The notes: generated by a model not told the origin, from the letters alone. Counted from the whole stretch's first letter, positions 11,437-25,425 are shown. The stretch is 63,340 bases of DNA, filler included, from Sphacelaria rigidula (GCA_964200075.2; 11 parts of 11 records of this genome joined end to end with filler, not necessarily neighbours in it), one strand, 5' to 3'. Made by a program: numbers and translations.

Positions 11437-12909
11437 NNNNNNNNNNNNNNNNNNNNNNNNNNNNNNNNNNNNNNNNNNNNTTAATTAATTAANNNNNNNN
11501 NNNNNNNNNNNNNNNNNNNNNNNNNNNNNNNNNNNNCCACTTCAGCCCCATACTTTGTATGAACCCCAAAATATAAAATCGGCTGTTATATGGAGATTCT
11601 GTGGAAATTGGTCTTGGAATTCGTGTTCTCAATTTCGGAATAACTTGAAGGGCGTTGATTGGTCGAGACATACTTTTATCCATATGGCTATGTCACCATT
11701 TTTGTCTGTTCATTGCGGTCAATATGATACCACACTTGTGCATATTGGCTGGGTATTGCGTTCGTGATCAGCCGGGGAAGAATTTTTGGGAGTGTTCAAT
11801 CTGAACCAGCCTGTAGAACATGTGCATTGCTGCTGCGGGGTGGATGCTGTAGCTTGCGGTCGTTGTTCCCGGTATCATGAGGGACATGAGAAACCGCGAC
11901 TTCATCTTCCGCACGCTGTCCGAGAGAGCGCCTTCGGGCCCCGATACATGAGACATCGCTGACACGGGAGAGCCAGAGTGAAGCAGGAAGATATGACGGC
12001 TCCATGTTTTGTGTTCCCCTAACCCGGGATATGCGGCGTAATCACTCCTGCCGTATCTTCACTGGCCGACTGCTGTTATTTTGCCGTTTTTTACTGCAAA
12101 CTTGGTTGTGAAGTTCTCCCCCGAGAGTGTCTAACCAGCTTTTAAAATTGGCTCACGAGTTGGGTATGATGCAGCCTGCGTGTACACCAAGCGGCGGCGT
12201 GTTTCGTCCCTGCGCGACAATTAGCACAGTGGTAAAAGATGCTTTCCTATTATTGACCATACGCCCTCAACACGGCCTCCTCGCGGCAGAAACTTCGTGG
12301 ACCCACCCTTACTACACATTTTGATGAACCGATGCTCTGAATACCACACCATGAGCCCTTCGACGGCTGTAGCAATGGCAAACAAACATCGATGTGTGTT
12401 GGGACGCCCGCTGAAAAATGACAATATCTGCGAAACCCTGGCATACATTGCCTGTAGAGGAGCTGAGGTGCGGAGGAACGCCCATACGTGCGTTGTGGGT
12501 GCTTTCATGCGCTGAAACTTTGGTCACATGTCCTGTGAAGCATAGCTCACAAGCCCACATCGTTTCACCTCCGTTTGTGCGGCGCAGCGCCTCAAACGGG
12601 GGCGATAAAAGGTCAGATTCTGTTCCGAAATAATTGTTTTTTCTTCGCGCGCAGGACTGCACCCGCCCACCCAAAGACAAGTATGCAGAGGCAAGCACTG
12701 AATAATGAGGTATCTTCCTGCAAACTCTTATTTTTCCACGTGAGAGAGACCCGAGTGTTGTTGACACCAAGGGAGAAAACACTCGATTTACATCTCCACA
12801 CGCGAAAGTAAACACACCAGCCCACGCGGCCGGTGCACCAACAGATTCATCCCGTACTATTAATAATTGGCGAGAAGAGTGGTCATGGAGCTACACTTAG
12901 AAATAGGCT

Positions 12910-13358
12910 GGATCAATTTTTGAGGTTCAACATTTGGATGAGGTTCAACTCGAAAACAGTGTTTTTCCTCACCTAAAGTCATGACCAATGAATTTTGTAC
13001 GGACAACCTCATGCCCCCCGACCTCCTCAAAACTATTTTTGGGGGTTGCCCCTTCTTCCGTGCCCCCGAAGCGTATAAATATATATATAGATATAGATAT
13101 AGATATAGATATAGATATATGCGAAAGCACCAATTTCGGGCTAAAAACGTCCCTTTTTTCGCCCCGATATCGAGGCAAAAACGTGCTTTCGCGCATACGC
13201 TTTGGGGGCACGGAAGACGGGCAACCCAAAAATAGTTTCAAGGAGGTCGGGGGGCATGAGGTCATCCGTATGAAATTCATTGATCATGACTTTAGGTCAG
13301 GAAAAGCACTGTGTTCGAGTTGAACCTCACCCAAATGTTGAAGCTCAAGAACGGATCC
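12910..13358. mobile_element. ~450-bp foldback/MITE with long inverted arms and an internal (ATATAG)n expansion
   Basis: 12910-13076 is nearly the reverse complement of 13195-13358. Pairing resumes after the microsatellite (tgcgaaagcac with gtgctttcgc). Confidence 0.88.
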
Positions 13359-14749
13359 TGGGGCCCTAGACTATACCATCGCTTGACTATTTGCCACGCA
13401 TGTATGTTTTTGAGCTCTGGAAATGCTGTCCTGCCGCACCGAAAGGTGTGGTGGGTACGGTCAGTTCACTCCGTTAATCCCCAAGACATTTTTTGTAATA
13501 TACGGGTTGTCGTGTCAAACCGTGTGTAGTACACGAAGTGCTGGGGTGATCCTCTGGTGCCGACAAAAATGCGGCTCCAACCTGCTCACAAACCGAAAGG
13601 ATAGCCGCAAACTATTTCCCATCACGATGCGTCTTCTACACAGGGCAAAGCGAACTCACGACACATCAAAAGTCTAAGGGGGCAATGGATCTGAAGAGAT
13701 GTAAGCAGGTTCACTTACTTGTTGACTGCGTTCGTGCTTCCAATTTTCCTGAAATGCTTCACTCCCAAGGCTGTTCCTTAGCCCTGAAGGCGGTGCTATA
13801 TGTGTGCAGCGTGTTTGCCTCACAGTAAGTTGACACCTCGGTGTTTCTTCCCACAATAACCCTTTTCCAGAATTCTAGCGCCCGTGGTCACAACGCCAGT
13901 GCACAAAAAGACGGAGTTCTCAACAGTGAAAATAAATAATACACCCCCGAACATGAGGACTCAGCGCCTCGAAGGATTCTACGAATAAGCCAGCAAAAAA
14001 TGGACTGCGCAAAAGTTCATGTACGGCTCGACAAAACAACAAGCAGGGGTAGGCGGGGGACCGGGGCGCTATCGTCAGTCGGTCACGAATTCGACCACGC
14101 GCCATGCCTCCTCCATCCCCGTCTCTTCTCTGGCAGTGCTGCAGGGGGGCTCCCCTCCACTTTTCGATTTCGTTATTTTTCTGCTCCTCGCCCCTTTGCC
14201 GTTTCCATTTTTTTTCGGCCCACCCGCAACCTCGCCTCGTTCGAATGTTTGCCTCAGTTCTCGCTCTCTGCAAACGGGCAACATTTTTCCCTGCGAAAGT
14301 GGTGCGGGCAAGTCAACGCTTACCGAGTGCTCAGCTCTGTGTTCGACATGACTATTCGAAAAATGAGTCGTGGTCACTCAAAGCTCGAAGATGAGTGAAG
14401 GCTTTCAAATCAGTGAAGCGTTGACGCTTTGCGTATTTCGTTGCGGTAGATTGCCGGGTCGACCGAGAACGGTCGACAGTCAGTGCGAAAATAAATTACC
14501 CATCAGTAGCAACATCCTGTTGCTTAATTAAGTCATTTACTTGCTGCGGGTATTGCATCACCAATAACCCGCGATCTTTCGGGGCCCGTTTCGGCCCTTT
14601 CGCTCCCTCCCGTTCCACACAACTCATTCTCCTGGTGCAAAGGACGATCGTCAAGATCGAAGCAACAGCAAAGCAGCACAAGGCGACAGAAGCACTGATA
14701 CAGTGGAGCAGTAGAGACAGAACGAGAGTAGGGGCAAAACACGATCACG

Positions 14750-15097
14750 ATGACGAGGTCACACCTAATTTTGTTGCTGATTCTGTTGATTGGGGCAGTG
14801 GTCTCCGGTGTGCTCGGCCAGTACGTGCCTTCAATGGGCATCGATGCCGTCACATTCGACATGCTCGGCGACGCTTTGCGAGCACCGCCTACCGAGCTTG
14901 TCGCGTCTGCAGTCGAGGCGCAGATGGAATTCCGCGCGACGGACCGGTGCGCGGTTGTTTTGGACGAGCTTGACCGCCGCTGCCCCGATGGGGCAATCAT
15001 GCTGATCACTGGCTCCAGCGCCAAGTTTTGGTCATCATGTGAACCGGCAGGCTGCGCACGCGCTCGGGTCAACGGTGCGTTGGATTCTGGAGACACG
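14750..15097 (+). CDS. Probable first exon of a secreted protein of unknown function
   Basis: ATG followed by a signal-peptide-like MTRSHLILLLILLIGAVVSGVLG, GC-rich third codon positions, 116 codons ending at ACG|GTGAGT. Confidence 0.55.
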
Positions 15098-17101
15098 GTG
15101 AGTAACCCCTGTCTGTTTCACTCAGGTGTAGGTGGCAAGCCAAAACAGCTGTGCGGTGCGAGGAGCTGATCCTCGGCGGGTATACAATAAATATGTTTCG
15201 GGATCTAGCCGTTACGGTATGCAAGTCGTAGCCGCAGTAACATTCATGTGTTGAGCTTGTTGTTGTACTCGGGGTTGCGCATTCTCCAACACCCACGGAC
15301 AACATGCCAGGATCTAGCCACCACATACAAAGCATACAGTATACGACGTACGTGCAGACAACATCAGCGGTAATACTGGTTAATACAGCCACTCACCCGG
15401 GACATGCAGCGAGACTTCACGCCCCAAATTTCCACCAAGCAATGCCGCGACTAGCGTAGAGGCACGATGTACAACAGTCCACGGGACGGGGAGAAGCGAG
15501 ACATATTAACATATTCGGAAACTCCAATGCTTCGGCAGAATCAACGATAGCCCGAGAGGAATGTTTTACATATATACTAAATCTTGATCGACTGCACTCG
15601 GTACACCTGCACTGGTATGTAACTGTGGCGTTTTCGCGTCCCTTCCGATAAAGAGTCAGTTTTGACGGTAATGCACCCCGACTCTGCGGTCAAAAAATCC
15701 AAGTTTGGTGCGTTGTGCGCATCACCATCACATGTCCATCGGACCATTTTAATCGGGTTATACCTATACTGGGGTGGGGGTCAGCGGGGGTAGAGAAGGC
15801 ACAACATGGGCGTGTGGTGGGTTCGCCTTTGGTTCCATGTTCCGCTGGGAGGGTGCCACCGAGTATGTGAGTCGAGCAACATGTGCAGTACTGTACCGTA
15901 GACCCATATACGCGATACGCAGATTACAGTACTGTTGTTGTGTCGTTTGTCATGGTTTTTGTCCTTCGTGTCAACCTGGGCTTCATTCTATCACCGTATA
16001 GACAGTATATTCCGAGGCATGAATGTAGCCGCATGCCCTTGTCACACTTGTACAAAGTTGTACACGCCTGCGTGTGGAGGGATGCCTGTGACGGCAAGCT
16101 TTCCCATCATCCTGTCTGTGTACGAGAGCACTCGGTCCACATGAACCCACTCAGGAACACACTAGTGTCTCAAATCGGTTCCTACTTTCCGTGCTGTTTC
16201 TCGGTGGGGAGGAATCGATAAATTAGCGAAGAGCTGGCGACGTGTGGCGCTCATATATCACTCGTTCTTTACAGTCCCGTGTCATAACGCCTACGGCTAT
16301 ATGTGGGAGTTCCTGTCAAATGATCCCTGGACTTCCTGTCAAATGATCCCTGAGTTTTTCTGGCCTATTTTTGTTTTCCAAAACTCTCAATATTTACATA
16401 TCTCACACCGTCAGAGCGGTCGGTGGCGGTGCATCTTTCTGACATACATATCACGATCATATGTCGGTTCTAGACATATCGTCAGATGTTCACTTCATCC
16501 AATAGGAACCAGAAACCCCCGACGCAAACCGCGTCGGTCCCATACTGGTATCTTCACCGCATTCAGATTGCAGATCGCCATTTTGCGGCGCAGCGATTGG
16601 CACGACCTATTTTTTTGTCTCAGTCATCACTGCTGTACTACTCCATCATCATGTATTTCGCCAACAAAGAACTTGATATGAGGGTGGTTTTGCTTTCTAC
16701 CCTCCTCTCGCTCACCAGAGGACACTTCAGCCCCTTCTTCGTTCCCCCCGCGGCTGAGTTGTTTCAAATGTTCGCGAGACATACAAGTACAGAGTTGTTG
16801 ATTTGCTTTCTCTGCATATTTCTGTGACGAATCTCGATCCTGTGGAGACCCCAAAAGAATCGGGCGGACTCATTCTGGCGAAAGCCAGATCCGCGGGGAT
16901 CGTGAAGTCTCGAAGATTTGTAAGAGGTCTGTACTCTTCACTCTCTCCATGAGTGTGGTATCGTGTATCGTGTCCTATTGTCGTGGGCGCCTGAACTATT
17001 TATTTTGTATTTTTTCGTAATTGGATACTTCAACCCCTAGGCGATGGAACAGTCAGTTGTACGGGCCGACAATCCCGAGACATCCAGGGGTCTCCAGAGC
17101 T

Positions 17102-17136
<35 letters not shown>

Positions 17137-18357
17137 CGCGCCCCCCCCCCCGCCCAACCAAACACCCCCCCGGCCGCCCCCCGCGGGTTTGGGTGTCTCC
17201 CCACNNNNNNNNNNNNNNNNNNNNNNNNNNNNNNNNNNNNNNNNNNNNTTAATTAATTAANNNNNNNNNNNNNNNNNNNNNNNNNNNNNNNNNNNNNNNN
17301 NNNNCTATATACCGCTTCTTCATCCCCGCCCACAACATACATGTGGACTGCACACTGCAAGTCATCGGCAGAGGGATAAGAAGAATTCAGGACGGTAGCT
17401 CCTCTTGTCTTTCCACAGCCCACCTGGATTTTATGCCTCGTGAAAATGACCACATGGTAGCATGTTCACCTCTTCCCGAGTTTTTCCTGCCCACCCTGTG
17501 CTAGCGTAAATAACTACGTTTTACTATGGATCTGGGACCCAAAAAACGCTCCGGAAAAATTCGGGAAGGATATACTGAGTGCAAGTAATACCACAAAACC
17601 AAGCTGCGACCACCCTGCATTTGGAAACCTGGGAAGGCTTATCTGGGCCAGGGATAGGGCCCCACACGATCTTTGCGGTGGCATCACATCCGACAACAAC
17701 CCCCGCGCTGGTCGTTCGGGTCTGGACGATGAATTTCGCTTCGCTGTGATTGGGTAGGTCGCTCGAAGACTTATTTTTTATTATTTCACCAACACAGGGT
17801 CAACCCTGTGTTAGTGGGGGTCCGGTCCCAAAAGGGTTAATGACGGGCCAAGCAGTGCGCAAAAACCGCATAGTCGCGACATTCTCCGCCCCCAACCTAT
17901 TGCACTTCTTTGTGACGACAAGTCCTGGCAGGGAGAATAGACGATCTGACTATGTCGAGGTTGCCGGGATAGCAAGCACCGGGCGAGCGAGCTCGGCCTC
18001 CAGCGGAAAAGCATGCCCATTCGTGTCTACGTCTAAGTGTGTACGCTGTGTGGTCATGTGCTCGCCTATGTAACAGCATCCCCACGGTTTTTGTAGTACA
18101 ATACATCAGAAATATTGATTTGAATATGACACATGTCGGTTGAAGTAATCGGTTAAACTAGTTACAAAACCGATCAGTTAAACAATTGTACTAGATAAAT
18201 GTAATCAGTCAATCAAACTGGCAGTCAGTTCGTAACACTTAAAATGTATTACACATGTATGGCAAGTAGTTGAAATATGAAAATATAAAAACATGACACT
18301 TTTGTCACATATACGGTCCTACCGGGTAACGGCCTATTGTAGATGCCTATTGTAGAT

Positions 18358-21300
18358 GTTTTCATGGTGTAATGGCAAGGAAAGGGCTGGACATTATGGG
18401 ATTGGGTTGGCGGTCAAGGAGTCGATCATCAGCAAGGCGACATGGACTCAGGCACTCATCAGCGAACGCCTCATGTCGACGACTTTCAATCTAGCGGGTA
18501 AATCAAATACTTATACGTTTGTAGTTGCATATGCTCCTGAAGACACTTCACAGTCAAGAGAAGAGAGAGATGTGTTGCGAACTAAGTTAGACGGCATTGT
18601 AAATCGTATCCCCCACAACCATCACCTATTTATTTTATTTCTGATGGACGCGAGGACTAGAGTACGAACAGGCGAGGAGGAACGTAAAATTGTAGGAGAA
18701 TACGGCCGGGACTCCCGATCAAACTACAGTAACGGCATAGCATATAAACATAATATTTCGAACTCACGAGCGTGAAGCATACTTCGTAACGAGGCGTCCA
18801 CGAGATTTATTGCTGGTTTTAGTATGCAAGTTCATCCGCAATCGCCCCGGGAGAAGACTGTTCGGGCCGATGCCAATGCTAGGGGCCCGGTTAGCGGGTT
18901 CGTGCTTTACTTTGTGCGGGGGTACACATGCGTTCGCGACCGTTCGAACGGACGCGCGATCGCGGTGGTCCTGCAATGTTCCCGGTGGGTATGAACACTT
19001 CGAGAGAGGATATATTCTCACGAGGGCTTGGCAAGGCAAGAATGCCGAGATCCTCGAAAAAGACGGACGGGACCGGGGCGCAGCCCCGGGTCCCGTGCGG
19101 CTTGTATCTCTAATACAATTTCCAGGCGACAACAGGTTTGCCGTGGTAAACACGTTCTCTTCCACCCCCAAGGGAAACACCTCGCGTACGTTTAACGGTG
19201 TTGCAAATCGCCCCGCGGACAAGAAATGCTTTGAATACATCCTCACACGGCAAGATCACCGCAGGCTTGCTCGCAATGTCACCGTCCACCTTCAACCCCC
19301 CAACTCGCCGGACTCTGAACACAACATCGTGTGCGCCTCAGTGCGGCTCCATGGTCGCTTCGCACACAACAGACCTAGACGAATCCCAAGTGGGCGTACA
19401 CCGATCGACAGACGGACAGAAGTATCTGACCCCGACAGACGTGAGCAGCTCACCCAGCTCGTCATCAGCAAGCTCGAACGGAGTACACTTGATACAGATA
19501 GTTCACTAACTACGATATTTGCCGACGTACTCTTGAGTGCCGTTGAGAAGGCGGCACCCCTTCTGACCCGAAAGCCACGTACACCGGGGTGGTTCGAGGA
19601 TGCTGAAATCCGAACTGAGTTCGAACAGATCTGGATGGAGAGGGAAAAGGCGAGATCAACGGTGAGACCAGGGTCATCTCGAGATAAACCCGCATGGCGC
19701 ACATTGCGGGCAGCATGCAAAAAGGTCAAAGAGGTGATACAAGTTGGGGTGAACAAATACGAAGTATATGGATGTGTGTGCTATAAAACTAGAAGAGTAC
19801 ACTCGAGCGGGGGACATGAGAGAAAGGTACAGACATCTCAACGGAGGGTGGAGACTGTCTGGGCGGCCAATCGAGAGTGAGCAGCACATTCGACACGAGG
19901 ACGGCAACATACTACGGGACAAAGGTTTGATCAGTGGAAGATGGGAACGGTACTTCTCCACATTGCTGAACGCCGTATCGGCAACTATCGACCGAACCGT
20001 CATCGAGAAGATTCCTCAACGACCAGTAGTGCTGTCACTCGAAGACCCGCCAAGTCCAAGCGAAACTGAGGAGGCTCTGAGAGCCATGTCGAACGGCAAA
20101 GCAACCGGTCCGGATGGTATCCCTGCTGAAATCCTGAAGCTTAGACTGAACGGAGAGGCGTCGAAGATTCTGTTCCACTTCCACAGCATCGTCTCTGCGG
20201 TTTGGACATCTGACGAGGTGCCGCAAGAATGGAAATATGTCACTATCAAATGCCACACAAGAAAAAAATAGAACCGATTGTGGTAACTACAGAGGCATTT
20301 CATTCGTGGCACATACTGCTAAAGCTCTTCTCAAAATCGTAGCCAACAGGCTCGGCAAGTTTGGTGAGGAAACAGATGTCTTCGGGGAAGAGCAGTGTGG
20401 ATTTAGGCGCCAGAGATCAACAACAGACGTGATGTTCGTAGTACGCCGACTTCAGGAGTTGGGACTGGCGAGCAACGTCCCACCATACATGTGCTTTATC
20501 GATCTGCAGAAAGCCTACGATTCCGTAGACCGCACGCTCCTGTGCGAAGTGCTTGCTCGGTTCGGAGTCTCATCGCCAATCATCACGATCATCCGTATGT
20601 TTCACGACGGTATGCGAGATCGGGTACAGCTAGATAGTGACGAACTATCAGCGTGGTTCCACGTCTGCCAGGGACTCAGACAAGGTTGCGTCTCGTCCCG
20701 GCTGTTGTTCAACATATTCGGCGAAGGTTTGGTGAACGTGATCGTTCAGCTGTTTGCGGCGTACCCAGTCATCGTCTCAGGTTTGGTCTTTCCAGATGAT
20801 GCGCCAAAGGTGACGTGACGGTGGTATACCCGTGGAAGAGACACTGCTGGAAGAGGTGCGACGCGCGGTGTGGGCAATGCTTGATGCGAACGACGCCGGC
20901 ATAGTCTCGAGGACCTCAGAAGGCCTTGCTTGAATGATGGCCGTGATAGTGATGATCTGCCGGGAATTCGGCCTGATGGTCTCCGAGAGCAAGACAGATT
21001 CCATGCCCCTCTGGTCAGTACCCAGTCTCACGGAGGCCGCCCTGGATATCAAAGCTGCCGATCAACGGTATTAGCAGACGGGGAAGTTCATTTACCTTGG
21101 TGGAGCTATCAGTGCGGATGCAGAAATGTCCATCGAAATCAACCGCCCTATCAGCGCGGCGTGGGCGCGTATCCGAAAATATAGCTCCCAACTCTACGAA
21201 CGACCCAACGCCGAGCTATCCTTGACAAGTCCACTGCTTAAAGCGGAGGTGGTAGAAGCTCTGTCATACGCATGTGCCACATGAACGCCACGTTCTGGGG

Positions 21301-22190
21301 ACTTCGACAGTCTGCGGACTGCCCATCACAAGTTCTTGCTACGAGTGGTTCGATTCCGCAGGAAAAATCGAAATGGCTAGAAGACTTTTTCGTACAGAGC
21401 GTTGCTCGATATGACCAACTGCGAACGTATCGAGACGACTATCCGCAAACGTCAACTCTGCTTCGCGGGAGCCCTTGTCCGGCAGAAGAAAACACGCCTC
21501 CCTAAGCGCGTCATGAACGGTCGGTTAACCACACGAGGGCCCAAGAAGGCCGGCCGCCCCCCCAAGCAATGGGAGGATAACCTCCAGGAGAACCTACATG
21601 CTCTAGGGGCTGTCCACACAAAGGCGTCCGACGGAAATGGTTCGTCTGCGGTGTAGAGGTTAACGATGCATAAGATTGGGTCACTGCCGCGAAGAACATG
21701 GATGGGCAAATGGCATATTGGAGTCGAAAAAGGAGCGGAGGGGTCTGAGGACACGTGGCGACGCGCGGACAGACGAGAATAAGACCGCCAACCGAAGAAT
21801 CCCGTCTGCTCATTTCGGTTGTTGACTATGTCCTTAGTCGGTGGCTCTGCGGTGCCCACCGGTGTGTGTCTGTATCTACTCTGCTGCCCTGAATCCCTTG
21901 GGTTTTTTCCCTTCTTTTTATTTTGTTCTCTGCTTTTCCTTTCTGTTATTTTCTCTTCCTTTTCTTCTTGTTCTAGACCGGCCATTTATTTCTATGCTTT
22001 GCCTCTGTTGACTTTTTTTTTCAATATCTTAGTCTAAGATGTCGTTCTGCCCGACTTTTTCTGCTCGTTCATTCTTCCTCAGCGAGTGTTTCAGTTTGTT
22101 TTGTCTTGGGTACGTCCATCATGTGATCACGGCTGGATCCCTGGGGGGTCATTTAACAAGTGACAATCGATCAAATCAATCAAAACCAAT
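18358..22190 (+). mobile_element. 5'-truncated, decayed RTE-clade LINE (AP endonuclease + reverse transcriptase)
   Basis: EN motifs GIGLAVK, VVAYAP, MDA, VVNTF and DSEHNIV. RT motifs KATGPDGIPAE, CGNYRGIS, QCGFR, FIDLQKAYDSV and GLRQGC; YADD has decayed to LDAND. Many stops and frameshifts, a T-rich 3' UTR and a (CAAT)-like tail. Confidence 0.95.
18740..19104. mobile_element. 365-bp insertion nested in the LINE endonuclease domain, flanked by TA
   Basis: Removing it plus one TA restores the frame AAC GGC ATA TCT CTA ATA CAA TTT (NGISLIQF). Confidence 0.75.
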
Positions 22191-22479
22191 AGTCTGTGAA
22201 GCGACGTCACCAAGTTGCCAACGGTCATGGTTACTTGACATAATCAAGTGATGGTCTATACCTGAGTATTACTGATATGACTCACCCAGTATTGGGCAGA
22301 GTATTTGAGATCGTTCCCAACCGACCCAAATTTTGGGTAGATTATTTGAGGTCGTATTTGCTCTACCCAAAATCCAGGTGAAGTATAAAAATCGTAGCCA
22401 ATCAACCCAAAATTTGGGTAGAGTATTGAGGCCATACCCAAGTGATACTCTATACCGAGGTTTTGCTAAGAAAAAGCGT

Positions 22480-22770
22480 TTTCGTGATATTGACAGTAGA
22501 GCGTTGATTGAGAGTAGGTTTTGTCATTCGCTTAAACTTGATCAGTTTTTCATTCTCAGTGTGCTTTCTTCGCCCGTAACACTGGCGTGTGCTTACTGCT
22601 ACACGTCGATACCCTACCAAGGGATATCAAGGGCTTCGGTGGCAAGCTACAACAGAAAACGTGTCGGGCCTCGTGGAGGGGGCATTTTGGAACTAAAACT
22701 ATTTTTTCATTAATCGATCGCTTCTCACTCTCGATCGCATCCTCCATTCTCAATCTCACGAAAGCATTGC
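22480..22770. repeat. Dispersed repeat; copy at about 47450-47740
   Basis: Shared blocks tcgcttaaact, cacgtcgata, tggcaagct and tcgtggagggg(g)cat(t/c)ttggaact in the same order. Confidence 0.75.
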
Positions 22771-22779
22771 ACGGTCAGG

Positions 22780-22971
22780 ACGAATCATGACGGGCTCGAA
22801 TCACCAAACCCACGATTTTCCGTCTGATTGCCCAACAGGGAGAAAAAAGTTGACCTCTGGTCCAAGGGGTATCCACGCAACTTTTGGGCTATTCCACATG
22901 TCTGGGCTGCGTGTACCTGGGTTGCAACGCTGAAAATAAAGCCTAGGGATTGATTCGTACGATTCGGATCA
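22780..22971. repeat. Dispersed repeat; inverted copy at about 52088-52285
   Basis: gttgcaacgctgaaaa and ggattgattc match the reverse complement, colinear over about 190 bp. Confidence 0.8.
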
Positions 22972-23778
22972 NNNNNNNNNNNNNNNNNNNNNNNNNNNNN
23001 NNNNNNNNNNNNNNNTTAATTAATTAANNNNNNNNNNNNNNNNNNNNNNNNNNNNNNNNNNNNNNNNNNNNAAAAAAAGAAAAAACTTTGCTTGTTGCGC
23101 CCCACCCCCTAAAACCACCCCGGAAAAAAACAGCACGAGCTTCCCCCCCCCCCCCCCCTCCCTTCGACTTGGTGATAGCGAGTCTGATCCGGCGAAAACC
23201 TGGCGTGCTCCATCCCGGTCCTGCACAGATGCGAGGTCAGTAGTCATTAGAATCCTACGGCATGCAACACCACGAGTACACCCTCCCAATGAAAAGGTTC
23301 TTGAGATGCAACAGCAGGCCACAGCCCTTCCATTAGTTGAGATTTGTTGTCTTCGGTCACCTAGTGTGTCAAAACGTTCGACACCTAAGCATACGGCGAT
23401 AATACCTTATATAATTTTCTCATGTTATGATTACTTAGCTACAGCTCATGTCACGCTCTCCACCACTCAATGTTAAAGGTGTACTCCCTGTTTTGAGCAT
23501 CCTTGGTCCCCGGAAACGCCTCCCCCCTCTTCCAACCCCTCGCCGTCACACTCCTCAAAACGTTTTTCGCGAGATTCGACTGCCGTGTGTACGAATCCCC
23601 CGTGTGTTCAAGGTAGGCTTGCCTCATATGGTGACCCGAGGTCAACACCAAAACGCTCAAAGCAGCACTCCTTCGAAGGGAACTATCAACGAAACTACGT
23701 GCGAGCCAGCATTTAAATGTTGGTGTGTATCTCCAGAGGTCAATAAACTCCGGAAATTCGTTTTTCAGAGAGACTTGC

Positions 23779-23883
23779 CTGCATGATGTTGATGTCGGCC
23801 TTCAGGCCGGTGATAGTGAGCGACAAGTCCTTAACCCTGTCCCGGGCGTCGTAAGCGCTGTTCTTCTCGCGCTGGAGGAGATC
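23779..23883 (-). CDS. TPR: TPR coiled-coil exon with GC donor
   Basis: DLLQREKNSAYDARDRVKDLSLTITGLKADINIMQ, 105 nt, CAG|GCAAGT donor. An intervening exon may be missing. Confidence 0.65.
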
Positions 23884-25425
23884 CTGCATATTGCAGGTCA
23901 GACGTGTATTGGTATGTGCATGTGCGTGGAACGGCGGGGGGAAAGAGGGGTTGAGGATGACGCTTTATCGAGTAGCCATCCGCCTATGTATACTGCTGCA
24001 CCAAAAATATTGGGAGGAAAAACTGTTTACTGCTACTATTTCAAACGTTCACAAAGTCGACATAATGTGCATGAATGGTGGACTCCATCATCCTCCTGTC
24101 TTACGAAAAAACGTTGAGTGGAACCCTGTTTTTCGCATTACTCCCGGACCTACCCCTATTCTGTAGGGGAGGGGGGCCGGTGTACTCATGATCATGCATG
24201 CCATAGTCATGAGACCATTGACCTCGCCTCGCACGGTGAGAGGGGGGGAGGGGGGGGGGGGGGGGCACTTCATGTCCAGTACAGGTGGAGTATACGAGCG
24301 CGGAGACAAGGCACATCAAATGGCGAGAACAAGGAATTTCACTTCAAAATAAACTTCACACGCACGTCGCGACTGCTATGGTCATTAGTCACACCATCTT
24401 CGATTTCTAGGGTCCTAGTAACGGAAACGTGTGCAAGTATCAAGTTTTCCAAGAATAGTTTGGCTATGTATATGAAATCCACAAACGTGTGCATGGATAC
24501 GAAATGGGCCCTTTGTGGAACAAACGACGACAATCATTGAGCCTGGTCGATTGACTGTCGCACCGCACTATTGATCCACCTATTCTAGAAATACGTGGGG
24601 TCGTCCAGCCAACAAGATGCTGATGGGCGGATGATAAACATAACCACCCATAGCTTGCGATGTTGCACGTGCCATGCATTCATCTCCCCGCGCACGTAGA
24701 ATCGAGTTATACAAGAACAACGTTAAAATACGGCACACTCAGCAAAACAAATCCTGAGAGCGTGCAAACGTATGATCTGCAGCCCGCAAGACACAACGCA
24801 GTACTCTGCAAGATTATTCGATCGGAAACATCATGATCTTCCAAAAATCAAATGGTAAGACCCAATATTTTCAAGACTTATTTTGAATTCATATACCGTA
24901 GGATCTTTACGCGCCTCACCATGCAGCTCATCACTAGAAAAAGAAAAATATATTGTGGTTGTTGAGAGCACGTTCCCGGTGTTCCTAGAGTTTCACAACC
25001 CCGATCCTGCAAACAACTTCCTCCAAGAGGTTTCCAACATGACCACGCCGCTTGCTATATAACATGAGCGCAACGAAAAAATTATTTTCTCTACAGTAAG
25101 TAACCTCGTGCATAATCCACACCACTTCTACGAACCTATAAACAGTCAGCACTGTAGCCAGGTTACTTGAGAGTATCAGTGCCCTCTCGTGCTCCACAAG
25201 GTAAAAAAGAGAATGGACTCATACTCTGAACAGCAGGTGACAATGTCAAACAGTGTACCACGTACGTACAGTATGGAATCGTATGTCTATTGCAACAGAC
25301 ACAAGTCGATACTGTACGCAGTACACTTTTGGCAATGCAATCTCTTGTCCAGGGTGTGAAGTAAGTTAACGCTCGGAACAACACAGAAAAAAAACGGTGT
25401 ACAACTTATTTTCAACAAGTGGACA

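Noticed and set aside
11230..11492. Poly-Ile/Leu/Arg ORFs
   Set aside because: They are translations of a microsatellite.
11768..11965. Possible minus-strand exon (AMSHVSGPEG...)
   Set aside because: No recognisable homology and no clear donor site.
18810..19880. 356-aa ORF as a novel fusion protein
   Set aside because: It is a chance read-through from the nested insertion into the decayed LINE frame.
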